This document shows positions 10,801-24,297 of a DNA stretch of 64,000 nucleotides, piece by piece; position 1 is the stretch's first letter; every line of letters begins with the position of its first letter. Both the position numbers and the translations under genes were made by a program. Below the pieces are notes generated by a model. The model was given only the letters and a program-made list of their open reading frames with translations. It ran no database searches and had not been told where the DNA came from. Source of the DNA: Daphnia carinata (lineage: Eukaryota); contig NC_081332.1 in NCBI RefSeq assembly GCF_022539665.2, positions 5,704,001 to 5,768,000 on the forward strand, read 5' to 3'.

Positions 10801-12836
10801 CTGGATCAGATAATTGCGAAATGAAGGTGTGGTCAGTTAAGATGCTTTTTTCTTGTAAACAAGTACCCGCTGATCGATGTTGTACTCCTTGGAATTTTTA
10901 TTGTCAATAAGAGGCAAATCGCTGCATAATATGTCGAAACAGAAGCCAGGTGGAGGCTGATACAAATTGTAATTGACTGCTGTAAAGAGCCATCCAGTTT
11001 TACCTGTAATAACATAAGAAAATTTTAGTTTAGCATTACACTCAATTAGATTCTTTAAAAAAACGCTTGAAATCGTTAGATTTGTGTTTTTTACCAAGAT
11101 TGCTGCTGGACCATACCATCTCCATAGTTTTGGAGGCCATGCGTTGCTTCTTATCTTCGTGATCCAAGCGACCGAAGAAGAGGCCGTCGTAACCCTGGGA
11201 AACGGTGATAGAAAAACACCTCAAAACGTTTCACTATAAATGCATCTCCTTTGTATGGGGTACCATTTGCGAGAATATAAAAGCCTGCTCTCTCGAATGA
11301 CCAAAAGGATCGATTTGCCACGCGATGCGAGGACGCCCACATTCGCCGAACGTGTCGTTCAAAAAGCTATAAATTGTAGAGAAAACATCGTATAATAAAA
11401 AAAAAGGGGGAAATGAAACGTTTAGAAAATTATACGAATAGAATTAGCCGTTAAGATGACTGCAAGAAAGATTTTTATGTGACGGTTACTTTAATCCAAA
11501 AGACATTTGATCAATAATGTCGACGTAATGAGTTGTAGCTTCGTCGTTCATGCACCAACCGCCGTTAATGAACTCTAGTCGCCCTTGGGCCACCAAATCA
11601 CGCACGGTGTCTCGTGTCGACTCGTTTTGCTCCTCCCACCATTGCCAGAAAAACGCCATTTCCACGTAGATGAATCTAAAAATGAAACACGGAATTAAAA
11701 ATTGAAGAATTTCTGACCTCTTTCTCTTCTCGATTGCTTTTCAAGACACATCTTGGGGAGTGGCCAGAAGGTTATCGTACCTACGCTCTCGATTAGCCTG
11801 CAATTCTTCTATGACACTGTCCAGGATGTACTGGACGCCAGCTTTTTGAATACCGGTACGGGCTAAAGAAAGCAAAAAATTAAAAAAGCATTTTAAGTTC
11901 CCGCGTTGTGGTTATTTATGGTTGATTGGCTTTTTATAAAATCTCATCCTACATCCAAAGTAGTACTGGTCGACAGTCTTGAGCCAGCCGACATCATCGT
12001 GAGTGTCTACGAACAAAAAACGAATAAAGAAGGAGGGAAAAAAAAGGAGAAATATATATAATGGTTCACGTCTTGCATATAATTGTTAATTGTAATTTAC
12101 GGGGCACTAGGTGGACGTTGATGAAGCCCGGTTTCGTTGCGTGGCAGCTCTGTGTGGATAATTTTCACGTTCATACAACAAAACAAAGAGAAAAAAAACG
12201 TTCAATATTTATTCACGTTAAAAAGAAACATGTGAGCTGTTTTCTAAATGAGCTGGCATTCATTGAAGATGCGTGAATAATCGTTAATAAAGCAACCTCT
12301 TTTTCATATTCTTCCGACTATTATATCTGTACACAAATCGTCGGCAACAAGAGGGTTAACTCTTTTGTAATGTATCCATGTACTTAGAGATGGAAACTTT
12401 CAGGGCAGTGCTCGACCCGCGCCCTTCTAAATGATGGTTATCTTTACAAAACGTGAATTATCCATCTTTTTTTTCCTTCCCTCAAAAGCTGTTGTTGCTG
12501 CTAGCTTTTGTCCAGTCAAAGAGAAAGTTTATCGTTAATTTTAACTAGAAATTTACTGTTGGCCTCAACGAGAAAGGCCCATAAACAATGCACATTCATT
12601 GAAACAAAAAGGCCGAGGGTGAGTGGGTGTTGTTGGGTAAACATGGACGTCACTTGTTACACGTCTACAACATAACTCACAATTTTTCTAACAGTTAAAT
12701 TCTGTACCTGGTAACCACACGAGGACTTGACTGACGGCTTTGACGACCTACTCGATGACGGATGAATGATTCCAGACAGTAGAATGATGCATGCCAGCAT
12801 GACGATTCGATCCATCTTTCTTCGTGTTGCCGCCAT
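7829..12836 (-). CDS. Lysosomal alpha-mannosidase (GH38, MAN2B1/LMan-like), paralog A, multi-exon
   Basis: Signal peptide [22 protein letters not shown]; motifs [91 protein letters not shown]. Canonical GT-AG introns; exon 1 is 12708-12836. Confidence 0.95.
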
Positions 12837-15800
12837 CTCTTTTCGCTTTCGTTACGAAAATGGCACTGACCACCACGATGCGATGTTGCCAACAGTGCTG
12901 ACAAGTTCACCACCAAAATACTGACATGGATTTGTTCTTGTAATCTAATCATTAAAAACACATCCTCGCTGCAGGGCACATCTGAAAAATATAACGGAAA
13001 AGAAAAAAAGAAATAAGAACTTTGGTCGAAAAAGTCATTGGACTTTGATTGAGTGCGTTGCTTATTAGCTCTGTGTAGAAAATGGCCGCGTGTATATACA
13101 CTGACATGTTGGTCATCATTTTTCTCTCTTCAATAGTCGAATGAGAAAACGAACGAGATAAAAAAAAATCGTTTAACGAAGCGGTTTGTTGGACCAGCTG
13201 ATTGTCCGACACGGAAGTGGTGCCGCCGCCTTGTGCAACACTTACCCCGAGGCTATGCAAATACATTCAAGTCAAATTTGATTACTTCTTTTTTGAAAAA
13301 AAGGCAATCCTGCATCGCCATTGTTTTGTTTCAGAGTCCATCTTTCATTTTCTTTTAGAATTTCGTTCTTATTTTTGATCAGACATGAGAACAAGAATTC
13401 CAAGTCTACGTACTCTTCGACCCTACCGGATGGTCATCCGGGGCTCGTAAACAGTTCTCCCTTCAATTAAAAAAGCACCAAACAAAATTGGCAAGTTGCA
13501 ACTAACCGGGTAAAAGCGTATTAGCAGACCCATTAATAAGACCGTCGTCTTTTTTTTCTGAAAGTCTTTGCTGCTGGTGGTGAAATCAGACAGCCGTCGT
13601 CTTCGCATTTCGAACGCTGCTGTTAAAAAAAGTTGTACGGAAAAAGGGGGGCATCAGCATTCGATGTTAATTGCATGGAAAAAAATATAAAAAAGGAGAC
13701 CGGCTTGTCATTTTCTGAAAGCAAATCATTCGAAACACAACAGGAAAAAAAAAAAAAGTGTAGTGGAGGTGATGCCGATGACTTTAAACTTCTCTTGAAA
13801 GCGAGGACCTCCGAAAAAATTAAGGGGGGGGGGGGGCTTTGAGGGTGCTGAGGAGGGTCAAAAGTACATCTCTATAAAAACGTGTTTGTATCTACCAAAA
13901 AAGAGAGAGATGGTGGTGGTGGCGGTAAAAGAGAAAAAAAAACCCGAGTTGGGAAGGGCCGTGATGAAGATCAAAGAGAGCCGCTATTGAAACACACCGT
14001 CTTATTCTCTTCCTTTTTCTTGTGTGTGTGTTCCCCTCTCTCATCAAAAGAAGAGTGAATAAGTTGACTAGTGAAATGTTTTTAAAGGCATCGGTCGGGA
14101 TAGGAAAAAAAAAAAAAGAAGACGAACCCGCCCTATTTGACGAGCCCGCGCCACATCTGTTGACCTGGTAATAGGGCGCCAAAAAGTAAAATAAAAAAAG
14201 GTTTCTATTTAAAAATTTTTTTATTCCAATCAACCTGTCATTTCAGAAGCACTTTCTTTCCCCAGCATTTTGCTAACAAAAAAGCCTCAATAATTTCGGC
14301 CATTACGATTTATTTACACTGGCGTTATAGGAGAAATCAGAAATGTTCCAAAATGCCCTTGTAGACTTGTGTGTTTGTTGTTTTTGGATTCCTCCCGGCC
14401 AGCCCTTGTTGTTTCTCCAACCACTAATGGAAAAAAGACTTCTTTTTTTTTTTTTTTTTCTTTCGGGGGAGGATATATCTTAAAAGAAGCAACGGGGGAT
14501 GTTCAGCTTTTTTCTCACATGTACACACATTTTTTATTTATCCCGCGCCACTTGTAATGAGTTTCTTCTTTCTATTTAACCTCTCTCTCCCCATTCAGGG
14601 TGTTTTCTCATCTTGTGTAAACACGGCAGAGAAAAACGCGCACAGTCTGTGTGTGTGTGTGTACAAACAAACCACCACCACCAAAAACCACTCGAGGAGA
14701 ACCGGGTCTTCTCCTACCACCACCACCCCTCATACCTTACACCTACACCCAAACACACATGTCACGCTGGCTGCTTGTTTGTTTCCCCCTCCGCACAGAA
14801 TTTTTATTTTCAATATTCAAATATATTCGTATTTTATCATTTATTCATTATTAAGAAATTCAAAATAGTTGATTCACGAGTTTCTCTCCCACACTATTTT
14901 TCTTAACTGAGCCTCCCTTCTCTATTTGAGCCCTAGTTATTATAGTTGCACGGAGAGTGTAATTTTTTTTTTCTTTTTTTTTTTTGACCCCACTGACATA
15001 AAGTGTATGGCCCTTCACTTTAATTGTTTCCTGGAGCCTGCTCCGTTGTATTTAAATGTTTCCGTCAAGAACGCACTAGCGTTTTTTTCTTTGGACTTTG
15101 CCTTCTTTTTTTTAAAACAACTTTCCACAAGTGCACTCACCTGCAATTAGACGAACTAGCACCTCGTCGATCTTTATCTCTCGTCAAAAAAAAAAAAAAA
15201 AAAAAAGGGGGCCACTAAAGAAAAGAAAAAAAATTAAATAAAGCGGAATGGAAGAGAGTCCAGCATTTCGGGATCAGGAGGGACACCTGCCATACGGAAG
15301 CCGAGTAAGTGAAAGGCATAACTTTGTCGTCTTCATTTGCTATTTTTGAGGCAATGCCAATTAAAAAATGCAACAAGAGGCCAGGTATGAAACAACAGTT
15401 GGTCAACACATGTCGATGTCTCGGCACAGGTGCGCTGTTTTCACGCGAAATATACGAAATAGACAAAAGCGATAAGAGAAAAAAAAATGCTGTATTTTTA
15501 TATACATATACACGAGAAATGAGACGAATAGCTTTCGAGACTGACGTGTACAACAAAAGGTATAGGAAAAAAAAAAGAAAAACGGCGGAAAGAGGACACA
15601 AACCATTCAAGGACGACGAGCCCAGGTTGCGCGGCAGATGGTGATTACCTGTAATGAAAGAGCACACTCCTTTTTGCTCATCGCGTCGACAACCTTTGAA
15701 AGAAGAAGAAGAACAAGAGAGACACGGGGCGAAATGGAAAGAAAAATAGAAACGATGGGAAATTGAAATGTGGGATGGTTTCGGTTTGTGAAGGATGTTG

Positions 15801-16636
15801 ACCTATCACCTTTTTACCTTCGAGGAGGGGGGAAGACTATTACGCGGGTCGTCCTACGAAATGTCAATGTTGATAAGACAGTGGCGCCTACGTGCGCTCC
15901 AGTTGTTCGTATGCGCATCATCTACAAATAGGAAAACAGATTTAAAAAAAAAAAAAATAAATAATGCACAAGAAATACACTGGTATATAAGAAAGGGACG
16001 AATAGAACGAAGATGGCACCAACATGACTCGCCATCCCCCCCAATTTCTTGTGTTTCTATTCTGACCCTTTGATATGTTTTCTCAGTTTACAGCCTATGG
16101 ACCTATGGCTGTGCTACATGTAGGTCTACTCAGAATTCGATATGTTGTTACACATTCAAATGGAAGTGACACTGATCTTCTCTTAATTAATCAAACATTC
16201 CTGACTATTAAAGAAGAGAGAGAGGGGGGGGGGGGACTAGTACGTTGAATGAAATAATTGTTTCAGGAAGGGCACATTTTGATGAAGACCCTGAAGGTAT
16301 GAGAAACAATATACACAGAGGGAGAGTACACACTCACAACAACTTAAAAAAAAAAAAAAGGCTAATGATAGCGGATTATGACCATTTCCGGTGGATGGAA
16401 GAGGATATTAGTCGTATGTGCATTATAAAGAAACACAACATACAGTAGTCGCTTATAATAATCTTCTCCCCTGGACTTTATTTTTCCAATGAGCGGGGGG
16501 GGGGGTGTTTGCCACCTGGCTCCCCTGCTGACCCATCAGCTTTAATTGTGATCCAATCAGATTAAGTATATACAAGTTCGAAATAGCAAAAAGAAAATCT
16601 ATTATAAAGCAAAAGTCCTTTTCAATCTAATTTCCC

Positions 16637-16639
<3 letters not shown>

Positions 16640-16673
<34 letters not shown>
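16640..16673 (+). repeat. Poly-T tract
   Basis: ~34 consecutive T. Confidence 0.9.
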
Positions 16674-16676
<3 letters not shown>

Positions 16677-17653
16677 ATTCTTCGTTTGCCCGTTTGCAAG
16701 AGACAGCTGGCCAAGACATCTCGATTTGTGTGGTGGGCTGGGCTGAGCCGCATAGAAACTTACGGATAACGAAGTTTCCATTTCCCGAACGTGTCACGCG
16801 CAGCGGAAATAAACGTGGATAAGGCGTCTGGCGCATTCCAATGGCCATCAAATCCAGTTGCCAATGTCACGTTGACACACGGTCTGACTGACCCTCCCCC
16901 TACCCCCCCTATTTTCTCGACATCAAACAGATATGAAAGGTCCCTTCTTGTTCGCCTTCCCTGATCAATTCAATAACTTTTTGATCCTGATCGATATTAC
17001 GCAGACACGGTCTCCTCCCATCCTATCTGAACTCAATAGGGCGTCTATAAACATTTCTTTTTTTTTGCAGAACATGTCGTTCTCGAATGGTGCCCACTTT
17101 TCATATTACACAATCGATTTTTTCAGAAACATTTCGCGTCCTTTTTATTTTCCTCCCATAATTTGCATTTATCCCCCCTCCCCTCCCGTTGTTCGTTAGG
17201 TTACATTACGATATCACAATGCTCTTTTATTATTATTTTTTGTGAGTTAGAAAAATAAGAGCAAAACCCCGTGTTTGTATAGACGCGCGTTTCTTCGTTC
17301 CCGTCGAATGAACAAGAGACGGACGCCTTCCCTTTTTTTTTTTTCTCTCCCCGATGGCGCCGGACTTGATGGATCCCTCGAGAGAGACAGTCTCGAGCAA
17401 AGTGTCTCGTCAAAGGGACACCAACCAATCTTAACAGAAAAAAAAAAAAGTCCCACAAAGAGCAGACGAAATGGAAAAGATGATGGACCGACTCTTGTTT
17501 GTTTGGGGAAAATGCGCACGAGTTATATGCATCGTCAATCAAATGACGACCCACCTGTGCTTGGCCAGAGTCGACAAACAAAATGCGTCTAAGAGGCTCC
17601 AACATGATTCCAGCGGATGTTATATATACATATATACAACCTATCTCAATTCT

Positions 17654-17655
<2 letters not shown>

Positions 17656-17684
<29 letters not shown>
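17656..17684 (+). repeat. (GT)n microsatellite
   Basis: Direct observation. Confidence 0.9.
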
Positions 17685-17688
<4 letters not shown>

Positions 17689-19024
17689 GGTTTTCTCTTT
17701 CTTGTTACAGGATAATAGGGACGCGCTTGGTGAGAGTGCCGTGGCGGCCAGTTGTTGCTCCCTCTCTCTCTCTCCGGCTGTCTCTCTACCTGATTGCTCT
17801 TGTCGGTCGCCGTCTGCGCCCGTCTCACTCTTATATTTTTTTTTTTTTTTTTTGCTTCCCCTCCTTCTAGCCGACTGGCGCCGCGTCCGCCTTGGCGACA
17901 TCCGAACACACAAAACGCCATAGCCGCGCCTATGTGTCCCCCTCATTCTCGTTTTCTTTTGCTACCTTTTGACTCTCGGTGTTATTAGAAATAACAGTGT
18001 CGTTGGTAGGGCCCTCTCTTTTCTATGTGCACAACGTTATGGACATAACGTAATAGAAGGCCAGCAAATCAAAATAGGACAATGATTTTGTTTTACAAAA
18101 ATCGTATGCATAGACGTAGGAATTAGAGCGAATGTCTATTCGTTTTTGTTTGTTTTTTTGAACTGATGAGTTGACTTTAAGTTGACGTCAATAAACAAGG
18201 CAGGTGCGTATGGAACACAGGGAAGGTATACAGATGTCCCCCTGCTGATGAATAAGTCATCAATCAATAGGAGGCTATACTTGTCGTTTCCAATCAGGAT
18301 CAAGACCGTTTTGAAGCCCATTGTGAAATGTACAGTGAGTTTTGAAATGTGGCTGATACACACACACACAAAAATTGAGAGGATCAAAAAAGTTGAACTC
18401 GTAGTTAGTGAGAGACACGCACTCGACAGGGGGGAGCCCAAAAAAGGTTCGACATTTTTTACTTGTATTTCATTTTTTCTTATCCTGGAAAGAGGATTTA
18501 GTGGACGCGCCCCTCCCTTGCCACGAGTCTTCTAGATAAAAAGCTACACACACACACACAATATTCAATTGTATACAGCAGCACTCGAGGATTTGATGAT
18601 GGAACATGGGAGGGGGGGGGGACCCCCTCCAAAGAAAAAAATAGGACCCAGTGGGTCCACACAAAACCTGCGGGATCAAACCTTTTGGAAAAAAAAAAGA
18701 GGCCATTTCATATAAATAATCATTTGAAAATCATAGCCAGTCATCGGAGAGAGGACGTCGACGCTTGGAACAGCTACTGGAACACATTTTGTTGTTGTTA
18801 TTGTACGTGTCGTGTGTCTTCTTGTATTTTTGCATATACAGTCCCTCAAACACACACACACACACAAGGTCCGAGCCTCTCTTTGGGTCCTCCTCCTTTT
18901 GTGCTTCACCCTATCACCTCCTCCTACCCCCGTGATACTACACCACTACAAGCGAGAAAGGAGGAGGGGGGGGGAGGAAGAAAAAGGACGAAAAACAGAA
19001 AACGAAAGAAAAAGAAGAAGAAGG

Positions 19025-19025
<1 letters not shown>

Positions 19026-19058
<33 letters not shown>
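19026..19058 (+). repeat. (CA)n microsatellite upstream of the BMP3-like gene
   Basis: Direct observation. Confidence 0.9.
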
Positions 19059-19062
<4 letters not shown>

Positions 19063-19381
19063 AAATAAAGGTTAGGTACAGGAAGGTAGGTTAAAGCCTT
19101 TCTCGCTGGACTGCCCACTGTCAGTTGCACACGAGTCGACAAGTAGTGCGCGCGTCTCGCACCAATCGCATTCGATATTCAATCCCGCATTGTTTGTTTT
19201 TGCGTTTTGAATTCGTTTTGAAAATATTTCACGTTCAAGTGTTTTTCGATTTTTAATTAGCGATTGAGTTTCAGTTTTTTTTTTCGAATTGGTTTTCATT
19301 GAAATTCGTCCTTCCATCCGGAAGGAAAGAGAACATTTTCAGAGAATATTAAAAAAGAATAGACAGAGGACAAATTTTACA

Positions 19382-22300
19382 ATGGCAATGTGGATTAAAG
19401 TGATTTTAATCGCCGTGTTGGCGATTGTCGGCCTCCAGGCTCAAGGAGCCGATCGTGACATGATGCGCAACGCCATGGAACATTTGCTGCAAATCCGGCC
19501 GCCGTCCGTCCCATCGGGACGCAGCAAACGGCAAGACTACGGCGATGCAGACACGTCCGCTTCATCGCCTCACCTCTACATGATGGAACTCTACAAGAAA
19601 TACCTGACGTCCGACTCGATGAAAACGAGGAGTAACACCATCCGGAGTATCATTCCTACCAGAGGTAAAAAAAAAAAAAAGGAAATAAAAACATTACAAC
19701 CTACACTCCTCCCCCCCCCCCCTGTGAATTAACGATGTTCATCGTTTGCTGTTTCCTTTCATTTGACCGCCATAAAACAAAAAGAGCTGGAAAATTGGCA
19801 TTAAAACATTTTTTTGTTTGACTTAAAAAAAATTTACGTTTTTTTTTTCCCCAACATCTGGCCCCGCATGTTGTGTCAAGTTGTGCTGCTCTCTCGTATA
19901 CATACACATAACATAAGCTTTAACAAGAGAACGAGAGATAGTGCCTCTGTACGCAGCTCGTTATCGGGGCGCCCAGACACCCCCCTTTTTTTTTACCCTC
20001 TATAATAATAAAAAAAAAATAAAATAAAATAAAATGGTTGAAACCATAGACATGGAGGGCCATCCTTCAGTGTATGTATATAACCCCCTCTCGAAGAAAC
20101 TGAAGAAAAAATTCAGCCATTGGAAGCTCTTAGAACGAAACTTGTGTAAATACTGCAATTCATCTTATCCCACATGGCTAGCCCCCCCCTCTTTTTCTTT
20201 TAATACATGTAAATAATAAATACTAAAATACTATTACCTTTAAAAAAGAGAGAAGCCTTCTCTCAGAGGGAACCTGTTTATTATGGAGGGTTTGCGCAGA
20301 TGCGCGTTCTGTGTGTCTGGCTAACATAAGAAGAAAAAAACAAATTACGAAACGATCACTGGCGTATGTCTATAGGCACGAGACGATGATTAGTATGTTT
20401 TTTTTTGCCTTTTTGTGGTTACTGCCCCTTGTTGATTTCTTTTGACCGCCGTTTGTTAACGTACCTCGAGAGCTTCGGTTGTTTTTTAACAAATAACTGA
20501 CAAGTCTAAGGGATGACTGGACGAGAATTGTATTCTTCACAATCATCTTGTTTGTCTATACATACGTTGCCTTCGTAAATCGATTTTGCTTTTCAGGAGG
20601 GGGTTTGGTCTCTATTCTCAACTGTGTTTTTTTTTTTTTTTTTTTTTATAGCGAACAAGGGCGTGGCTCTCTCGATTCATTCAAAATTGGGAGATGTCAA
20701 GAACAAAACAGAGTTAAATACAGTGGGTTGGAAGGAGAGAAACTTCAAAAAAAAAAAGGAAAAGCTATTTCTTTGTTGACCCCCCTTAATTTCGAGTGAT
20801 CTCCTGCTATGCGTTTCGTACAATCATCGCGTACGTTCATTAACCGAAAAGGAATATTGAAATTGAAGGTAAAAAAAAAAAACCACCTGCGTAAGCGTTT
20901 GGGCAATTCCCGCCATCATCCAAATGCAATTCCAAAGCCATTCGAAAGCTTTCAGTGGATTGCGATTGATTTGAAGACAAAAAGGGATAGAAAAAAAAAA
21001 TAACTAAAACAACAACAAAAATACGAGAAAAGAAGAAGAGATAGGACATTAAAAAAAAAAATGCTTCGGAAAAAGAAGAGCTATGCTATAGAACTCACGA
21101 GATATGCAAACACTCTTCGACTGTATCTTTATGACAGAAAGCCATTAGGAGAGAGGAGGGGGATGCTTGTAAAGAGCTTTCAACCTCTTCCACGTTTCTT
21201 CTTCTTCTTCTTTTTCAACGAGCAAAAGGCGAGCGAGATGCACAACAACAACAACAACAAAAATCGTGTCCATTATACGAGACTCGGTCACGAAAAAAAA
21301 AAAAAGGTCCAGATGGGCCGCACCCCGCAGCCATCGTTTCTCTTCCTCACATATTTTTTTTTTTATTGGATATTCCCCCTTATTTCTCGTGTCTATAGAA
21401 TGTTATGGAAAGAGAGTCCCAACTTTTTAGGCAGACACATACACACAACTTTCGTTGTCAAAGAAGAAGAAAATAACAAATAAAATTTGATTCAAAATGA
21501 CGTATTCTATACGCGGATGATTCGGTAATCATCGCCCTATTCACAAACGTTCCCCATTTTTATTCACCATCCCTTCTTTTACGTTAATTTTATGCAATTT
21601 CTCACGGTTTCGTATTCGGCCTGCGTTGCCAGTCCCCGCGGGTACACACCGTCCGTTGCGTGTCAATTGATTAGCCAAAACCATTCGATTTGGTCGTTGA
21701 TATTTCTGCGGGATCATCAAATCGAAATCGATGAAATTTAATATGATGTAATAAGAAATAATCGCATTTCCCCATTTATATTCACTTTGTTTTTTTGTTC
21801 TTTAAGTGAATTTAAATGCTAATGCACCTCCCTCGTTCGGAATGTAACATCTAAGGGTTTTTCTTTCTTCCTTTCAAGAAGCCTGTCGAAAAAAAAAAAA
21901 AGCCCCCAACTGACACACACTTATGTAAACTATGGAAATGAGAGGAAAGAGAGTTGGGGGAGTAGGTACGGTTTACACCAGGTAAAACGTGTATCATTCT
22001 TTGAGCATAGCAAATGAAGCCTTGCATAATATATCAATAAGCAAATGGATTTGTGAATATGGTTAATAACACACCACTGCCTCCCCTCCCCTCATATAGA
22101 ATTACATCGGAATCCTTGTAGAATTTTCATCGAATGTTATTTAAAACAATTGTTTTTGGAATAGGTCAAGTTGGAGGTGAAGAAATGTTGCTGTTTAATT
22201 TGAGCGGATTGACCCGAAGTGAAGAGATCGGCTCTGTTGAATTGCATTTCTACAAACGACGAGCTTTCGGCCGGAAGAAGATGAACAGCAAAGCGCATCA

Positions 22301-24297
22301 TCATCACCACTTGCAGGGTTTCTCGCTGGATCCATCCGTCGTCGGATCGCCCGTCCGCCAAATAGGCAAGTGGCAAGTGGCTCTGGAGAAACGCGGATGG
22401 CAAGTCTACGACGTCAGCGTCGCCGTCCATTCCGTGTCGCGACAAGAGTCGTCATCGGCCGAGCAAATCGGCTTCATGTTCCAGGGCGTCAAACGGTCGT
22501 CGGGCATCTACGAGAACCTGCCGCTGGACTCTGTCCTGCGCATGGAGCCGTCGCCGTTCCTGGTGGTCTTTTCTAACGAGCGCTCCAACGCCACTCTGGA
22601 AGAGACGGGCCTAGCCTCTCAGCGCGACCTCAACGCCTTGCCCGACCATCAGCATGTCCAGCAGGCTGGGACAAGGCGGGACGCCAGCGAGGCTCGTCAG
22701 CGTCGCTCGATCGACGATAACGAACTGCCCGAAGCCGACCATTACCTGAACAGCAATATCATCCCTCAAACGAGTCCGGGCATGTTGCAAGCTCGCTCAT
22801 CATCGTCGCGTCAGGCGGCCGGCGGCGGGCCAGGTAGTCGCAAGATAAGTGGTGAGGCCGGCGGCAGTTCGAGTAGTAGTAGTAGTAGCAGTCATAGTAA
22901 GAGCAGCACTCTACCTTATCCAAAGTCTCATTCATCGGCGGGAGTGGCCGGGGCCACCTTGGCTTGGCCGGAAGATAAGAGGAAAAGGACGGGCAGCAGC
23001 AGCGGCGGCAACAGCCGGAAGGGAAAGCGACGTAACCGCAAGTTGCCAGAAACCTGGCATTACAATCAACAGGTATGTTTTATTTCATTTCTTCATCAAC
23101 GTGTTGATGAATCATTTTTATATACACACACGGAGTGTGTGTCAGTTCCCCCTTTCGATTGAAAGCGCAAAATAGGCGGATCCTTCTCCTTTCATTGAGC
23201 TTTTTTTTTTTACCTAGAGTTATCAGCCATCTTTTTCCAAAGCTTTTATCGTTTTTAAGATTCTATGTTTTCGTCTGTCTTAAGGATGACACTCAAATGG
23301 GCTCCATCTTTTGCTATTCTGAAAGAAGAAGAAAAGGCAGTGTTTATTTATTTTCGTGGTTTACAAGCCGCTTGACAATAACGCGTCAATCAGCGTGCAC
23401 CAAACTTGTATCGATACGTAAAAGAAAAAAAACAACTTAGCGCTTACAGAGAGAGAGTATATAGCTTTAAAAAAAAAAATTTATCTTTTCTCTCAATCCG
23501 GCTCCGACAAGCCGAACCAGTTGACATGGCCCGAACATCAAAGAGCTTTCTGTTGTCGAAAAGCGCACCACCCGCATCATCACGCATTTCTTTTTACTAC
23601 ATCTCGCACTCTATCTTCTCTTGCCTTAAGCCTCTCTTTTTTTTTACGTCCATCTAAGGTACATTAAAAAAAAAAAAAACTAATCGGAAAGAGTCCCGTT
23701 GTGAAATCACAGGTTGTGAAATGCATTTTTTTTTTTTAAAGGATTGTTGCATTTCTTAGTGCCAAGTTGACAATTCCATTTCCTATTTTATTTTTCGTGG
23801 TGAAATAGCAACACGTCAACGATGCACGACTGGACGTGCCGGAAGATGCGGGACGTTCGCTTTGTCAGCGGAGGAAATTGACGGTGGACTTTAACGAGAT
23901 TGGTTGGGGCGAATGGATCATCTCGCCCAAGACATTCGAGGCCCAGTACTGCGCCGGAAGGTGTCCCTTCCCTCTGACCAAGGTAAAAAAACTTTTTTGA
24001 AATTTTGCATTTCACGCGTTGAATAATTCAAATGACGATCGATGTGGGCCATTTCTCATTTTGCGATGCTAATGATTTGAATTTGAAACTCAATTTTTGG
24101 TATAGGAGTTGAATCCAACGAATCACGCCACCATCCAGAGTATCGTGCACGCTATCGGCGGTCACCCGGAGGTGCCGGCGCCCTGTTGTGTCCCCGACGT
24201 TCTCTCATCGCTGACGCTCCTCTACTTTGACGACAACCGCAACGTCGTCCTGAAAAACTATCCCAGCATGACTGCAGAGAGCTGCGCCTGTCGGTGA
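19382..24297 (+). CDS. BMP3: BMP3/GDF10-like TGF-beta family ligand; exons 19382-19664, 22165-23072, 23809-23982, 24106-24297
   Basis: Signal peptide, prodomain ([29 protein letters not shown]), RQRR furin site. Mature domain [86 protein letters not shown] has the BMP3/GDF10 signature ([24 protein letters not shown]). Confidence 0.88.
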
